From Chrysomallon squamiferum (lineage: Eukaryota; Animalia; Mollusca): a DNA stretch of 64,000 nt. The stretch spans positions 16,244,001 through 16,308,000 of the forward strand of contig CM022672.1 in the NCBI GenBank assembly GCA_012295275.1. The letters are read 5' to 3'. A program made the position numbers and the translations under genes. A model generated the notes under the pieces. The model did no database searches, was not told where the DNA came from, and saw only the letters and a list, made by a program, of their open reading frames with translations. Within the stretch, counting starts at the first letter, position 1. Each line of letters starts with the position of its first letter. Of this stretch, positions 63,850-64,000 are shown piece after piece.

Positions 63850-64000
63850 CTGGAAATGGAAACACCAATTCGGTTAGTATAAAATCATTATTTAATTTAA
63901 TAATATGACTAAATTAAAAAATCTACTGTAAATTATAATAATGAACCACATTAATTAATAAGGTTAATATAGTATGAAAAAAAGTAGAGAAAAAAACACA

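Overview
AT-rich, intron-rich animal genomic DNA; the CtBP C-terminus suggests a protostome, plausibly a mollusc (inference). Gene models were built by hand from splice sites and frame continuity. Left to right: two tandem TEX36-like (HDNR-domain) paralogues (+; 639-3409 and 4724-9554); MAEA/GID9 (-; 16446-22429) head-to-head with CtBP (+; CDS 29204-34310); PUS1 (-; 40182-50232) convergent with CtBP; about 24 copies of a ~374-bp palindrome-rich satellite (50874-59951) running into a 200-N scaffold gap; and the last two exons of a Deltex-family gene (-; 63160-63849). Highlights: (1) five non-canonical introns in three adjacent genes, three of them in PUS1, including a probable U2-type AT-AC intron; (2) a TEX36-MAEA-CtBP order that appears to unite the human CTBP1-MAEA and CTBP2-TEX36 neighbourhoods; (3) intronic tandem repeats that multiply splice signals; (4) a Deltex DTC domain with an apparently degenerate ADP-ribose site; (5) a hairpin-dense satellite about 270 bp from the inferred PUS1 5' end. 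No database searches were run, and family assignments rest on recalled motifs. Most entries in the ORF track are spurious.
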